Virus record (IMG/VR): IMGVR_UViG_3300017971_000140
Source: a virus
DNA length: 39,570 nucleotides
Strand: one strand, 5' to 3'
Shown here piece by piece: positions 1-9,326 of this stretch. The first letter of the stretch is position 1, and each line of letters begins with the position of its first letter. A model generated the notes under the pieces. The model saw only the letters and a program-made list of their open reading frames with translations. It was not told the origin of the DNA and searched no databases. Both the position numbers and the translations under genes were made by a program.

Positions 1-123
1 GCGTTGGTATTCTCCTACGAAGTCGCCGAATTCGAGTTTGCCGGAAGCGAAGTTAGCTACGGTATCGGAAAGGCCTGTTACTGCTGCGCCGATGGCTCCC
101 GAGGCTTCGTCGGCAAATCCGAA
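1..123. repeat. Terminal overlap of a circular assembly: bases 1-123 are identical to 39448-39570
   Basis: Direct comparison of the two window ends. The overlap lies inside an ORF that stays in frame across the junction. Confidence 0.95.
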
Positions 124-267
124 AGAAACTCCTTGTGCTAAGCCTCTTACCCCTGCTTCGAGTTGACTTGGTGCGGCGGCTGGTCGGGGTTGGGCTGCGG
201 CCTGTCGTTTCTCTAGTTCTCTGCGGATTAGTTCTTTTTCGATTTGTTCTTTTTCGGAAAGTGCCAT
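1..267 (-). CDS. N-terminal 89 codons of a 580-aa Gly/Ala-rich internal virion (ejection/core-type) protein; continues in frame at 39447 once the overlap is removed
   Basis: ATG at 267-265 overlaps the upstream TAA (TAATG). Translation MALSEKEQIEKELIRR...FVGEYQR joins QVEEARAADAAAQEAF with no stop. Confidence 0.7.
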   Translation of the reverse strand, partial: MALSEKEQIEKELIRRELEKRQAAAQPRPAAAPSQLEAGVRGLAQGVSFGFADEASGAIGAAVTGLSDTVANFASGKLEFGDFVGEYQR

Positions 268-1892
268 TATTCGCCCCCCAGCTCGTTAAATCTTTTCTTT
301 AAATCCTCTTCGCTCATTCCTGCGAATGCTCCTCCTGGATCTTCACTATTCACTGCTTCTCTTACTTTCGTGAGTTCGGCTTGCATATCTGCTTCGGTTA
401 CAGCCGACACGTCCATATTTACCCCCAGCTCGTCGGCTAATTCTTGCATCCTCTGCCGAGCGTTCTTTAGTGCGAGCTTGCCAGCCTTGGCCTCCATTGC
501 TCCGGTGGCGATTACTCTTGCGCGAAGTTTTGCATTCTTCTTAGCTGCGCTTTCTCCGGCTAGTGGGAAGTATAGGCTTTCGATCTTATCAAACTCGTGC
601 TCCCCGATGGCTGCGCCTGATTCATCTCGTAACTGAGATAGTCCGAATAATATTACGGAGTGTTCATATAACTGACGTTCAGGAGATTTAAGTTCAGGAG
701 CTATCGAGGTAAATTCTCCTCTCTTTGGTTCGAATCCTTTGGCCTTAAGGTCTGAGAAAATATCCACCGCCTCCTTCATCTTGAGGGCAAACCCTGCTGC
801 TTTGGTTTGGGCTTCTGAGGGAGGCCTACCGTCGCCTTCTGGCTCACCTTCTGCTATCTTCTCTAGTTTTAGGCGTGCTGTGTCTATCGCTATATCTGCC
901 TGTTGGACTCTTTTAAGACCTACCAGGTTTTTTAATTTCTCACCCTTGTCAGTAAGTGCTTGAGTCGCTGCGTCGCGTCCTGCCTTCTGTTGCCTAATGT
1001 CGATATCTGAAATCTTCCCTTTCTGGTCGACAAACTCGCCTACGTTACTTAGTTTACCTTGTGCTAGAGCTAGTTGACGATCTTCGAGTGCTCCACGTTC
1101 ACCTAGCAAACCTTGTTGAGCTTGCTCACGTTGCTGGGAAATAGCTCCTATCGCTTGGCCTGCGGCCTGAAGACCTCTGCCTGTGTTGCCTGTGGCTGCA
1201 CCGATGACAATAGGTAGTAACATGGCGATTCCCATGGCGATCTTCTCTTTCTTGGAGAAACCTTCACCTGTTTTGATCTTCTCAGCAAGGGCGACTTGAC
1301 GTGCGTTGTTTGTGTCGAGTTGTCCAGAGAAGATACCTTGAGTCTCTCGGTAGATGCTTTCTACTTCGTCGTCGATTTCTTTGACGTTGACACCTAGAGC
1401 TTGAGCCATGTCCGGCTTGGTTTCTTTGATTACTTGTGGGTCTTGAAGGACTCTAACTACCTCAGCGTCTTTTGCTTGTTGTACGACTTGGGCCTCTTCT
1501 TGGGCTTCCTGAGCTTCTTCTTGTTGGTGGATCTGCGCAAGTTGATCGGCCTCAGCGCGTTGCTGCTGGGAAAGAGCTTCTGACTCGTCAGCGACTTGTC
1601 GCGCCACTTGGGCGTTTTGAGCGAAGCGGTCGGCTTCGTCTACGGATTGTAAGGCTTGGGCTGATTCTTGTTCGCGCTTGGCGGTGTTAGCCTGTCGGTT
1701 TTGGGCGAATTGTTGGGCTGCTAAAAGTGCAGCGTCTGCCGTAGTCGCAGCTTCTGAGGGAGGAGGGCTAGAAGCTGCTGGGGGTTGACTTGGCAAACGC
1801 TGCGGAGGTGGGGTTGCTTGGCGTTTCGCTCTTTCTTGTTCGATTTGTCTTAATAAGGCCTCGTTTCCAGGACCGATAAGGGGGGATGACAT
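267..1892 (-). CDS. Internal virion / ejection-type protein, Q/A/E-rich coiled coil with one central hydrophobic segment
   Basis: ATG 1892 with GAGGAG 7 nt upstream. Low-complexity Q/A/E repeats and a TM-like IAMGIAMLLPIVIGAATG segment. Position after the tail genes matches T7 gp14-16. Confidence 0.55.
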   Translation of the reverse strand: MSSPLIGPGNEALLRQIEQERAKRQATPPPQRLPSQPPAASSPPPSEAATTADAALLAAQQFAQNRQANTAKREQESAQALQSVDEADRFAQNAQVARQVADESEALSQQQRAEADQLAQIHQQEEAQEAQEEAQVVQQAKDAEVVRVLQDPQVIKETKPDMAQALGVNVKEIDDEVESIYRETQGIFSGQLDTNNARQVALAEKIKTGEGFSKKEKIAMGIAMLLPIVIGAATGNTGRGLQAAGQAIGAISQQREQAQQGLLGERGALEDRQLALAQGKLSNVGEFVDQKGKISDIDIRQQKAGRDAATQALTDKGEKLKNLVGLKRVQQADIAIDTARLKLEKIAEGEPEGDGRPPSEAQTKAAGFALKMKEAVDIFSDLKAKGFEPKRGEFTSIAPELKSPERQLYEHSVILFGLSQLRDESGAAIGEHEFDKIESLYFPLAGESAAKKNAKLRARVIATGAMEAKAGKLALKNARQRMQELADELGVNMDVSAVTEADMQAELTKVREAVNSEDPGGAFAGMSEEDLKKRFNELGGE

Positions 1893-1906
1893 AAACTTGC
1901 TCCTCG

Positions 1907-1943
1907 TTAACTCTTATATGTAGCTGGTGCCTGTATGTGTTGG
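1907..1943 (-). promoter_or_regulatory. Late-promoter-like bipartite motif, copy G (CCAACAC-N14-TACATATAAGAGTTAA)
   Basis: Same geometry as six other copies. Ends 14 nt before the ATG at 1892 and lies in the last codons of the upstream gene. Confidence 0.5.
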
Positions 1944-3106
1944 GGATTAACAAGATTAAATCGAATTAATCCACGGCCTACTAGGTTACACAAAGGCTCT
2001 CCTATCCACGATACTAATCTACCTAAGATTGAACCCTTCTCAGATTTGCCTACTCGGTGAGCCATCTCAGTTGCCCAGGCTTTTCCAATCGGTAATGCTA
2101 GGAGGGTAAGAGCTTTGGATGTAGGCATTCTCTTCACTAGAGGTGAAGCTAGGAACCAGTAACCGATCTTAGTCTCAAGAGGTACCCGTACAGAGTAGAG
2201 GCAGTCGCCTTGATATACTTCATCAGAGAGGTAACCCTGTCGATGAAGTTCAGTACAGATGATCTTACCGGAATCGTGTACTGTTGTCTGCGCAGGTGGT
2301 TTGTTGGCTTCGATGAGGGCGATCTTGTTCGCGATGTTGGCTTGTTCGAGCTGGGCTTGGAGTTGAGCTTGAGAGCTGACTTCTTGTGTGGCGGCAGCCC
2401 TTTCGAGTGTTCCAGCTTGTGCGCGAGACTCGGTGAGTTGTAATCGTCCGAGCCGTTCTTGCAAAGCGCGTTGGGTGTTGGTTTCTGCTCGGGCGGCTTC
2501 CTCTGCGCGAGCCTGGAAGAGTCCTTGTCCTGCTTGTTGCAGCCCCGATGCGCGTTGCTGTGCTATACTACGCTGTAGGCCTTCTTCCGCTGCTTCGGCT
2601 TCACTTACTCTTCCTAAACGTGCTTGTGCGAGTTGAGCTTGGAGTTGAGACTCGGCTAAGTTTGCGCCACCGAGTGTTTGAAGCTGTCGTTGGATGTTGA
2701 CGCCTCCGCGGACTCCTTGTGCTCCTAGGTCGCCACGTAGTTGACGGAGAGAAGTTTGTGTTTGTACGTCTTGGGCGCGTTGGGCTGCTTCTTCGATCTG
2801 TTGGAACGCTGGGTCTCGGCCACCCTCTGCGATTGTCTGCTGTCGACGCGCTGCGGCTGCTTCGAGTCCGGCTGCGCCACTGGTAGCTTGTTGTCCTTGA
2901 AGGGCTAAGATATTAGCGACTTCTGGAGCACGTCCTTGCTCTACTCGGCCCAATGAGCCTTCTCCAAAGACTTGTTGTGCTTGCTGCTGGGCTGCTGCTC
3001 GGTCAAGCTCTTGTTGCTGGCGAATATCCATGAAACGTTTTTGTGCCGAAGCTCTTAATTCCTCTTCCGTAGGGAATTGGATTTCAGGGATTTCAGGGGA
3101 AGTCAT
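1907..3106 (-). CDS. Internal virion protein: Q/A-rich coiled-coil N-terminal two thirds plus a Cys-containing globular C-terminal domain
   Basis: ATG 3106 with AGAGG upstream. Repetitive AQ/QA-rich sequence, then SGKIICTELHRQGYLSDEVYQGDCLY...GYWFLASPLV. Confidence 0.5.
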   Translation of the reverse strand: MTSPEIPEIQFPTEEELRASAQKRFMDIRQQQELDRAAAQQQAQQVFGEGSLGRVEQGRAPEVANILALQGQQATSGAAGLEAAAARRQQTIAEGGRDPAFQQIEEAAQRAQDVQTQTSLRQLRGDLGAQGVRGGVNIQRQLQTLGGANLAESQLQAQLAQARLGRVSEAEAAEEGLQRSIAQQRASGLQQAGQGLFQARAEEAARAETNTQRALQERLGRLQLTESRAQAGTLERAAATQEVSSQAQLQAQLEQANIANKIALIEANKPPAQTTVHDSGKIICTELHRQGYLSDEVYQGDCLYSVRVPLETKIGYWFLASPLVKRMPTSKALTLLALPIGKAWATEMAHRVGKSEKGSILGRLVSWIGEPLCNLVGRGLIRFNLVNPQHIQAPATYKS

Positions 3107-3115
3107 GCTGTACCT

Positions 3116-3451
3116 CTAGGTGAAATAAATAACTTTTACTGTGGCTGCCGAAGCGCCCGCATTTTTTAGGTAGACAAAGTCGCTAGTCCATTCCGTATCA
3201 CCATCCACAATTGATGGGCTACCAGAATGTTTAATAACCAGTCTACCGCTTGGAGGATTTGGTAATTCGTTGCGGATCTCGACCTCTGTACCTGCTTCAA
3301 TAGTGCCTTCATAACTAAATGACTCGAAATTCTCGGTTAGTGTTATCCTATGCAAACCATCTATCAGCTCTCTGAAGTCAGCCCTAAGTGAAGATTGTAA
3401 GTAATCTTCTACTTGGCCACCGGTAAATGGTTTTATTGCTCTGAACTCCAC
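3116..3451 (-). CDS. Small structural-module protein, function unknown
   Basis: 111-codon ORF with a GTG start at 3451, immediately downstream of late motif copy A. Confidence 0.5.
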   Translation of the reverse strand: MEFRAIKPFTGGQVEDYLQSSLRADFRELIDGLHRITLTENFESFSYEGTIEAGTEVEIRNELPNPPSGRLVIKHSGSPSIVDGDTEWTSDFVYLKNAGASAATVKVIYFT

Positions 3452-3465
3452 TTTCGCCCTCTCTG

Positions 3466-3502
3466 GTTACTCTTTTATGTATCTACTGTTTAATTGTGTT
3501 AC
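3466..3502 (-). promoter_or_regulatory. Late-promoter-like bipartite motif, copy A (GTAACAC-N14-TACATAAAAGAGTAAC)
   Basis: Conserved box plus upstream AACAC at exactly 14 nt. Bases 3476-3501 are identical to 12146-12171. Confidence 0.6.
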
Positions 3503-6107
3503 CTTGTGGAGCTGCATATTCTAGCTCGAAGCCAGAAAAAATTACGTTGGTGTCATACTCTGTGTTTTCAAAAAGTAGGCGCAGGGAACGAGCTTGTCCT
3601 TTGCGAAGTTTCGTCTTATAAGTCGGTTGCTGTGCACCACCCCAAGTGAATGTGTCCCAAGGTCTAGAGTCCCAAGTAGAGCCTCTATCTGGGAATGTGA
3701 AAGAGAATATACTGTGTGGTGTGTGTTCTTTGTAGTCAATCTCTGTTGAAGCGTCTACGGTAAAATCGGATAGGGGGATTGGGTTGTCGAGGTCTGTGTA
3801 TGACTGGAGCTTCACACGTAAGAATTTCTTCGCTATCGATGGGTTACCTACTGATTCCCAACCACTGCCGTACTTAAATTCGATTGGGTCTAACTGGTCT
3901 CCGTAGTCGTGGAGTTCACCGTCATTGTGTTGTTTCCACACTCTGTATGTTACTGCTGAATCTGCTGTGCGTAATTCTCGTGAGGCAAACCAGAGTTTTT
4001 TGTTGGAATAGGTCGCTCCAGTGGAGAAGTGAATATTCTTCCACTCTGTCCAGTTATCTTGTGCGTAATCGTAGACCACACAGAGGGAGTATTCATCGGA
4101 GTATAGGTTACCTGAGTCCGTAGACTCTGAGGGAATGTAAAGAATATACTGCTTGTCCTGTTCGTGGTGGACTGCTAGCGCTCGGCTGAATTGTAATTCC
4201 TCTGTGCTTGGTCGTCTAGAGGTTAAGGTTTTGATGATCTGATTAGAGATGAGTTTAGGGAGTGCCGCACCTGCCATGGCGTACACACCGCGGTTACCGA
4301 GGAAGAACAGAACACCGTTGATGTCTGCTATTGATGTGTGTGAAGTACAACCTACTCCGCCAGTGCTAAGGGCGGTGACGTTGATTCTGGAGCGAGAGAA
4401 GTCACCTGTCATCAAGAAGATACTGGATTCTCTGAAGATAACAAGAGTCTCGTTAGATTGAGTCAGGGCAGTAATCGATCCACCGTCGTTGTTCTCTGCT
4501 AAGAAGAAGTTTAGTACTGGGAAGTTAGTAGGTTCGTCAGGCTCGGAGTAGTACACAGCGTTAGGGTCAGTCTTCTTATTACCTAAGACAAGGGAGTTGT
4601 TGAAGTTCGTGACATATTTTGTTTGAGGTGGCTCCGCTGGATCTCTGATTGGATTTAAGAAACGTGCGCCTACGGAAGCGTCTGCCGTGTTATCTGTGTA
4701 CGATTGTGTAGCGTTGAAGGGGTCGTTGTTGAGCGTCTCGATCAGGAAGTAAGTTGAACCACTTGTCTTTGTGCGGAATACGTCAAGAAAGATACCAGTG
4801 GAGATTATTAGGTTGTCTGTTAAGTCGATGTCAACAGAGGATTCAACTACAATTGTGGTGGCTGTGACTGATGATACAACGTACTCAGCGTAAGCGTTTG
4901 TCGCTACGTCACTGTTAAATACTCGAATCTTGTCACCAGCAACTACTGTGTGTGCTCCACCTGCTCCGTCGTCTACAGTTAACGTAACCAAGCCTGATAC
5001 TGGAGAATTGGACTGGATACCGTCTGAATAAGCGCCGCGAGCATCGAAACCGTTGCCATCCTGTATGTTGGTTACTGTGACTACGGCTTTCTCACTGGAA
5101 AGAGTGAGTGATGTGCTTGCTGAACTGATCGCGCCACGATGGACTTGGCCATTGCGATCTCTGAACCATGGCTGAACCTTGTGAAGGTAATCGCCTGTAA
5201 GAACGCCAGAAGCGGCTGAGGTTGTGGTGGGTTGTGTTCCTGCTTCCATGCCGGCTCTGAAAAGAGCTTGCCCGTCGTACTGTTGAAGTGGGTCTAACCC
5301 AGTTGTGAAATATACAGATCTGTTGAATATTGAATGGTCAAGGTGGCTAGCGGCTGAGTCTGTTTGGAAGGCTGCGAAACCGTTGGTAAGTCCTGCACCT
5401 GAGTCTTTTGCAACTTCTTCAGTGTAATAGTACGTCAGCTCTACAGATTCTCCGTCTGCAAGTGTTGTCCCATTTAGTAATTCAAGGAAGGGGGAAGGTG
5501 TGGTTGTTTCTACTGTGGCAGAGGCTGTAAGCGATGGATTAGAGTTTAAGCCTGATACTAGGGCAGCAATTGTAAGACCTTCGTTCTCGATTTCATCACC
5601 AAGGTAGAAAGCTACCGTTTCAGCTGGGTAAAGTTCATTACCGTTGTTGTCTATCAGCTGGGCTACGTCTAAGCCTAAGATGAATCCTCTACCTGCTGGG
5701 TCTCCCCATGGGAAAGCACCCCAAGGAGCTGAACCCCATCCCGATGTCCCGGTACCGGAAGAGGAGTCGCCAGAAACTGAGATGGTTACGTCTTGTCCGT
5801 TGGCATTAGAGTTGGTTATTGTTAGAGTCGCGGTTTTTAGGCGGTGGATTGTATCGGAAAGAACGAGAATTTCATTGGTTGTGGTGCCGTCCTCTGGATC
5901 AATTCTGTCAAACCCTAGTACACCGTAGCCTCCGGCTTCGTCTGCAAAGATCTTGTATCCTCTGCGTTTGGACAGAGCACCGTCATCTAGAATCTTGACG
6001 TTCTCCGCAGCGGTGGCGAATCCGGCATCGCGTGTGATGTCATCAACGATCTCATTAAGACCTTTGAAGGATGAGTAAAATTTGCGTATGCCGTGAGTTA
6101 CTGCCAT
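3483..6107 (-). CDS. Large tail protein (tail tubular B / nozzle-like by size and position)
   Basis: ORF of about 874 aa. I prefer ATG 6107 (TAATG overlap with the upstream stop, GAGGAG 11 nt upstream) to the track GTG at 6119. Beta-rich, with repeated W-G-x-x-P-W-G type motifs. Confidence 0.45.
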   Translation of the reverse strand: MAVTHGIRKFYSSFKGLNEIVDDITRDAGFATAAENVKILDDGALSKRRGYKIFADEAGGYGVLGFDRIDPEDGTTTNEILVLSDTIHRLKTATLTITNSNANGQDVTISVSGDSSSGTGTSGWGSAPWGAFPWGDPAGRGFILGLDVAQLIDNNGNELYPAETVAFYLGDEIENEGLTIAALVSGLNSNPSLTASATVETTTPSPFLELLNGTTLADGESVELTYYYTEEVAKDSGAGLTNGFAAFQTDSAASHLDHSIFNRSVYFTTGLDPLQQYDGQALFRAGMEAGTQPTTTSAASGVLTGDYLHKVQPWFRDRNGQVHRGAISSASTSLTLSSEKAVVTVTNIQDGNGFDARGAYSDGIQSNSPVSGLVTLTVDDGAGGAHTVVAGDKIRVFNSDVATNAYAEYVVSSVTATTIVVESSVDIDLTDNLIISTGIFLDVFRTKTSGSTYFLIETLNNDPFNATQSYTDNTADASVGARFLNPIRDPAEPPQTKYVTNFNNSLVLGNKKTDPNAVYYSEPDEPTNFPVLNFFLAENNDGGSITALTQSNETLVIFRESSIFLMTGDFSRSRINVTALSTGGVGCTSHTSIADINGVLFFLGNRGVYAMAGAALPKLISNQIIKTLTSRRPSTEELQFSRALAVHHEQDKQYILYIPSESTDSGNLYSDEYSLCVVYDYAQDNWTEWKNIHFSTGATYSNKKLWFASRELRTADSAVTYRVWKQHNDGELHDYGDQLDPIEFKYGSGWESVGNPSIAKKFLRVKLQSYTDLDNPIPLSDFTVDASTEIDYKEHTPHSIFSFTFPDRGSTWDSRPWDTFTWGGAQQPTYKTKLRKGQARSLRLLFENTEYDTNVIFSGFELEYAAPQGNTIKQ

Positions 6108-7072
6108 TAGATCATCCACTCCTCGCTAAGTTCTAACTCGATCTGATCTTCGTCTATCTCTCTAAAGGCGTTAATTATCTCTTGAAGCATCAGCCCTAAC
6201 TCGCGCTCTTGGTCTTTAGAATCAACCATCGAATCAGCTTTAAGAACTTTCCATGCTGCATAGGCTATAAGGTATCGCTCACATGTATCTGGTAATTCTG
6301 AATGTGTTGTTGAATTTTCGCCGCCTACGATGTAATCACCTGCTGAAATGGTTTCTAAAGCACCTAGTTCGTGACCGCTTTCGGGTGTAATGTACCCAGT
6401 CGTTGGGTCATAAGTACTAACCGGGATACCTACGGCCTTAGCTACTCCGTTCTTGTCAACCACTGTGAGTTCGTCAAACTGCTCAATGTAATGCTCTGCC
6501 AGTGTAGGGAGTGTGGAATCTTGGGCTTTGGTAGGAGATGCGTTGAGGTCTATACGTGTGAGTTCGCTGCCACTTGTTTGAGTTGCACTGACTTGACCGA
6601 TACGAAAACCTAGGCTCGGTAACTTGTGTTGGTAAGTGATTCTTAGTCCGTCTGTCCAGCTACGGGATGGGATTGGTTGAATTGCTATCTGTTTCGCTAT
6701 ACGTATGTAGGCGTAAGGGATATCGCTTTCTACGTCCGGTAGTCGTGATTTGATGTGCTTCTGTCTAAGGTTTGTATAGTCTGATGCCTTCTCGGAGAAC
6801 TTTGTTTCAATGCTCACGATGCGTCCATCTAGGTATAAGTCTGAAGGAAGATCGTAAAGCTCTTGTTTGGCCACCAAATCGATGGTGGTTGTCTCAATAA
6901 ATACTTTTGGGTGGGTAGCTGAGATTTGTGATTGGATGTTTGCTTGTGCGTCGTTGAGGTATTCGGCAATCTCCTGAGTTGTAATACCTAGAGGGTTGTC
7001 AGGATCGTTGTCGAACTCTTCGTTGTCCGTAAGTCTACGAACCTGAGATATTAACCGCTCTAGTCTTCTCAT
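6107..7072 (-). CDS. Head-tail adaptor / tail tubular A-like protein (positional call)
   Basis: 321 aa. ATG 7072 in a TAATG overlap, GAGGAT upstream. Lies directly before the large tail protein. Confidence 0.35.
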   Translation of the reverse strand: MRRLERLISQVRRLTDNEEFDNDPDNPLGITTQEIAEYLNDAQANIQSQISATHPKVFIETTTIDLVAKQELYDLPSDLYLDGRIVSIETKFSEKASDYTNLRQKHIKSRLPDVESDIPYAYIRIAKQIAIQPIPSRSWTDGLRITYQHKLPSLGFRIGQVSATQTSGSELTRIDLNASPTKAQDSTLPTLAEHYIEQFDELTVVDKNGVAKAVGIPVSTYDPTTGYITPESGHELGALETISAGDYIVGGENSTTHSELPDTCERYLIAYAAWKVLKADSMVDSKDQERELGLMLQEIINAFREIDEDQIELELSEEWMI

Positions 7073-7365
7073 TATCTAATCCTCAAGTTACTCTGGAAAG
7101 TGCCGATGATCCTGTCTAAGGCTTCAACACGTTGTCGGGCTGCTGCTTCTTGGGTTTTTAACTCGACTTCACCAGCGCGTTGACTGCGAGCTGCGGCTTG
7201 TTCTTTTTGGCGTTCTGCGATTTCACGGGCTTGCATCTGCTGGCGAACTTTAGAATCGTCGATATGGGTCTGACCACCGCCACCTCCGAATAAACCGCCT
7301 ACTGCGCTAATTACAGGTGCGGCTGCTGCTAGGGCTTGAAAGAACATGGGGGCTACTTTTTTCAT
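7072..7365 (-). CDS. Small virion-module protein with hydrophobic/Gly-rich N-terminus and charged coiled coil
   Basis: 97-aa ORF with N-terminal APMFFQALAAAAPVISAVGGLFGGGGG. Confidence 0.45.
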   Translation of the reverse strand: MKKVAPMFFQALAAAAPVISAVGGLFGGGGGQTHIDDSKVRQQMQAREIAERQKEQAAARSQRAGEVELKTQEAAARQRVEALDRIIGTFQSNLRIR

Positions 7366-7366
7366 C

Positions 7367-7813
7367 TTACGTGTCCGTTACAATGGTTTTTACTGTTCCA
7401 TCACCGAAAATAACCTTAAGATCACCATCGGCGGTATCTGTATAAATCTTTGCTTTTCCTACGGTTGCGCCTGGGGCTGTGCCATCGTCGTCGATGATGA
7501 GGTGAGGCATAACACCTGCGGTCCCTAGTTCTACTAAGTCAGAAGCGTTGACTTTGATCATATCTATGCGAGCAGTACCAGCGTTATCAAGTGCATCGAG
7601 GAATTCGTTGTTTTGGATGTTCAGTTTAGCAGGACGAATTGTTAAGTCTGCGATTCCTGTATTCTGAATCTGGGTACCTGATCCGTTAGCACTATGGTCG
7701 TGGCTGGAGATCTTAGCCCATAGGACATCGAAGAGGGCTGAGAAATTTGCTCGGCCTTTGGCTGGATATGTGAAGTTGAGTCCTCCACTGGTTGTCTTGG
7801 TGTCACCTGCCAT
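7367..7813 (-). CDS. Short tail-fibre-like protein; N-terminus paralogous to the 8075-9223 product
   Basis: MAGDTKTTSGGLNFTYP...ISSHDH...IKVNASDLVELG aligns with MAGFSTTSGGLNFQYP...ISSHDH...IRANTSDLIELG. GGAGG upstream. Confidence 0.55.
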   Translation of the reverse strand: MAGDTKTTSGGLNFTYPAKGRANFSALFDVLWAKISSHDHSANGSGTQIQNTGIADLTIRPAKLNIQNNEFLDALDNAGTARIDMIKVNASDLVELGTAGVMPHLIIDDDGTAPGATVGKAKIYTDTADGDLKVIFGDGTVKTIVTDT

Positions 7814-8073
7814 TAGTTAGCCTCCGGCTTGGGATTTGCGTCTTTGACTGCTTGTATGTGCTTGAACCAACGGCCGTTTGAGGAAAGAGTGCCTGTTTCT
7901 TTGAGTTCGTCGAAGATCATGCCTAATTGTTCGCCTAGTTGGCCATAGCCTTTGACTCTATTGCCAATTAGGGAGATGTTGATATTTCGTCGCTCCTGCT
8001 CTAGGTGACGAGCAGTTTCTGCCTCTGTGAAGTATTCTTTTACTCCGTTGCGGGTTCTCCAAAGTTTTTCCAT
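7813..8073 (-). CDS. Hypothetical protein between the two fibre genes (possible fibre assembly factor)
   Basis: 86-aa ORF, GAGG upstream, single-base overlaps with its neighbours. Confidence 0.4.
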   Translation of the reverse strand: MEKLWRTRNGVKEYFTEAETARHLEQERRNINISLIGNRVKGYGQLGEQLGMIFDELKETGTLSSNGRWFKHIQAVKDANPKPEAN

Positions 8074-8074
8074 A

Positions 8075-9223
8075 TTAAGACCTCTTCCCTAGTAAATACA
8101 CCGTACCTGTTGAGTTTAAAGTACCTGCTGCGTTTTTAAAGGCTAGCTCGCCGACGATAGATCCTACGAAGCCGAATACTGGCATGTTGTTACCAGCTGT
8201 GTTTAAGAACCATCCTTCCATAATTGGCGCTACTGTATTATTTGGCATTGCGTTGTACCTCAAAGAGACTAGGCAATGTTTCGCGGTCCCTGTTCCTGCG
8301 GTACTTGATCCATGAATAGCGTTTCCAGACGCCATGACAAACCCGCCCACGTCGAACTTTCCCCATATACTAGTAATTGCTCCGCTTGCTGGCGTCCTAG
8401 GCTCTACCGTAGGGTAACTTGATACAGAGCCACCTACTCCTGTCATATAGATTACCCACGATGTGAATTCGGCGGAATATGTAGATAAGTCGAAGAGTAT
8501 TTCCGCTTGGCCTGCTGCTGCTGTAGAGTCTACCACTTCCCATCCAAGAGTTTTAAAATCGGCTGAATCAACACCGTTTGTCATTAAGAACTGGCCTAGG
8601 GCACCAACTCCGTTTTCTACTCGTGGGCCTGTGTCACCTAATCGCACCCGGCCTGTGCCGTCTGGGACTAGTTCTACATCTCCGTTTGTAGTGGTGGTTT
8701 TTATTACGTTTGTTTTGATGTCTAGATCCGCGCCGAGTTCTGCATCGTCGCTAGTGTTGACTTTTAGTAGGTTGATGTACGCCGAGTCCGCCGCGTTCTT
8801 ACCTTGAAACCAGGTGTCATTGGCGGAGATCTGTACTAGGTCTCCGAAAGTCGCTGCACTTGTGACTGATAGGGTACTGGAAAGTGTGGTGGCTCCGGTT
8901 ACGCCTAGGGTACTGGAAAGGGTAACTGCTCCTGTGACTCCAAGAGTTGCTACGTTTGCGCCTAATTCGATTAAGTCTGAGGTGTTTGCGCGAATGAGGT
9001 TAACTGTGCCTGTTCCGGCGAAATCTGTGGCTTGGAACCATCCAGTATTTGTTGCTAGGATAGAGCGGTCATTCAAGACTTTTCCGCGACCTGCTGTGTC
9101 ACGATCGTGGTCGTGGGAAGAGATGGTAGTGAACGAGTTAGCCATGACAGCATCCCAGTTCTCGGTGTCTCGGTTTGGGTACTGGAAGTTAAGGCCACCC
9201 GAGGTGGTTGAGAATCCTGCCAT
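8075..9223 (-). CDS. Tail fibre / receptor-binding protein
   Basis: 382 aa, AAGGAG upstream. Shares an N-terminal domain with 7367-7813. Contains a 12-aa tandem repeat GVTGA(V/T)TLSSTL and a beta-rich, Gly/Thr/Ser-rich C-terminus. Confidence 0.6.
   Translation of the reverse strand: MAGFSTTSGGLNFQYPNRDTENWDAVMANSFTTISSHDHDRDTAGRGKVLNDRSILATNTGWFQATDFAGTGTVNLIRANTSDLIELGANVATLGVTGAVTLSSTLGVTGATTLSSTLSVTSAATFGDLVQISANDTWFQGKNAADSAYINLLKVNTSDDAELGADLDIKTNVIKTTTTNGDVELVPDGTGRVRLGDTGPRVENGVGALGQFLMTNGVDSADFKTLGWEVVDSTAAAGQAEILFDLSTYSAEFTSWVIYMTGVGGSVSSYPTVEPRTPASGAITSIWGKFDVGGFVMASGNAIHGSSTAGTGTAKHCLVSLRYNAMPNNTVAPIMEGWFLNTAGNNMPVFGFVGSIVGELAFKNAAGTLNSTGTVYLLGKRS
8871..8942. repeat. 36-bp tandem repeat (2 copies) inside the fibre gene
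   Basis: agggtactggaaag... recurs at 8871 and 8907, encoding the GVTGAxTLSSTL repeat. Confidence 0.7.
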
Positions 9224-9243
9224 TGTGTGCGCTCCTTAAGTGG

Positions 9244-9280
9244 CTTACTCTTCTATGTAGTCGGGTTGGTAAGGTGTTAT
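9244..9280 (-). promoter_or_regulatory. Late-promoter-like bipartite motif, copy C (ATAACAC-N14-TACATAGAAGAGTAAG)
   Basis: 16/16 match to the consensus box. Ends 20 nt before ATG 9223. Confidence 0.65.
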
Positions 9281-9310
9281 AAAAAACGCCGTTTTTGTGG
9301 TTCTACGGCG
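9281..9310 (-). terminator. Rho-independent terminator after the capsid operon
   Basis: Minus strand CGCCGT-12 nt loop-ACGGCG followed by TTTTTT, 17 nt after the stop at 9327. Confidence 0.6.
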
Positions 9311-9326
9311 AAACCTATTCATTCGG

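Noticed and set aside
1-123. The 123-bp end repeat considered as a biological direct terminal repeat
   Set aside because: It lies within an ORF that reads through the junction in frame, which is typical of the k-mer overlap of a circular assembly. True termini cannot be inferred from it.
244-636. Plus-strand ORFs antisense to the structural genes (for example 244-636, 8463-8807, 8814-9239, 11851-12174, 38225-38710)
   Set aside because: They are low-complexity Ser/Ala/Pro-rich shadow frames of strongly supported minus-strand genes. They lack Shine-Dalgarno sequences and do not fit the operon layout.
727-737. GGTTCGAATCC, the classic tRNA T-arm/T-loop sequence
   Set aside because: The flanks cannot form a T-stem, acceptor stem or anticodon arm. 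It lies inside a well-supported minus-strand CDS. I recognised no tRNA elsewhere.
6108-6119. GTG start at 6119 for the large tail protein (track coordinates 3483-6119)
   Set aside because: The SD-like GAGGAG directly abuts that GTG. ATG 6107 forms the TAATG coupling seen at other junctions in this operon. The choice is uncertain by 4 codons.
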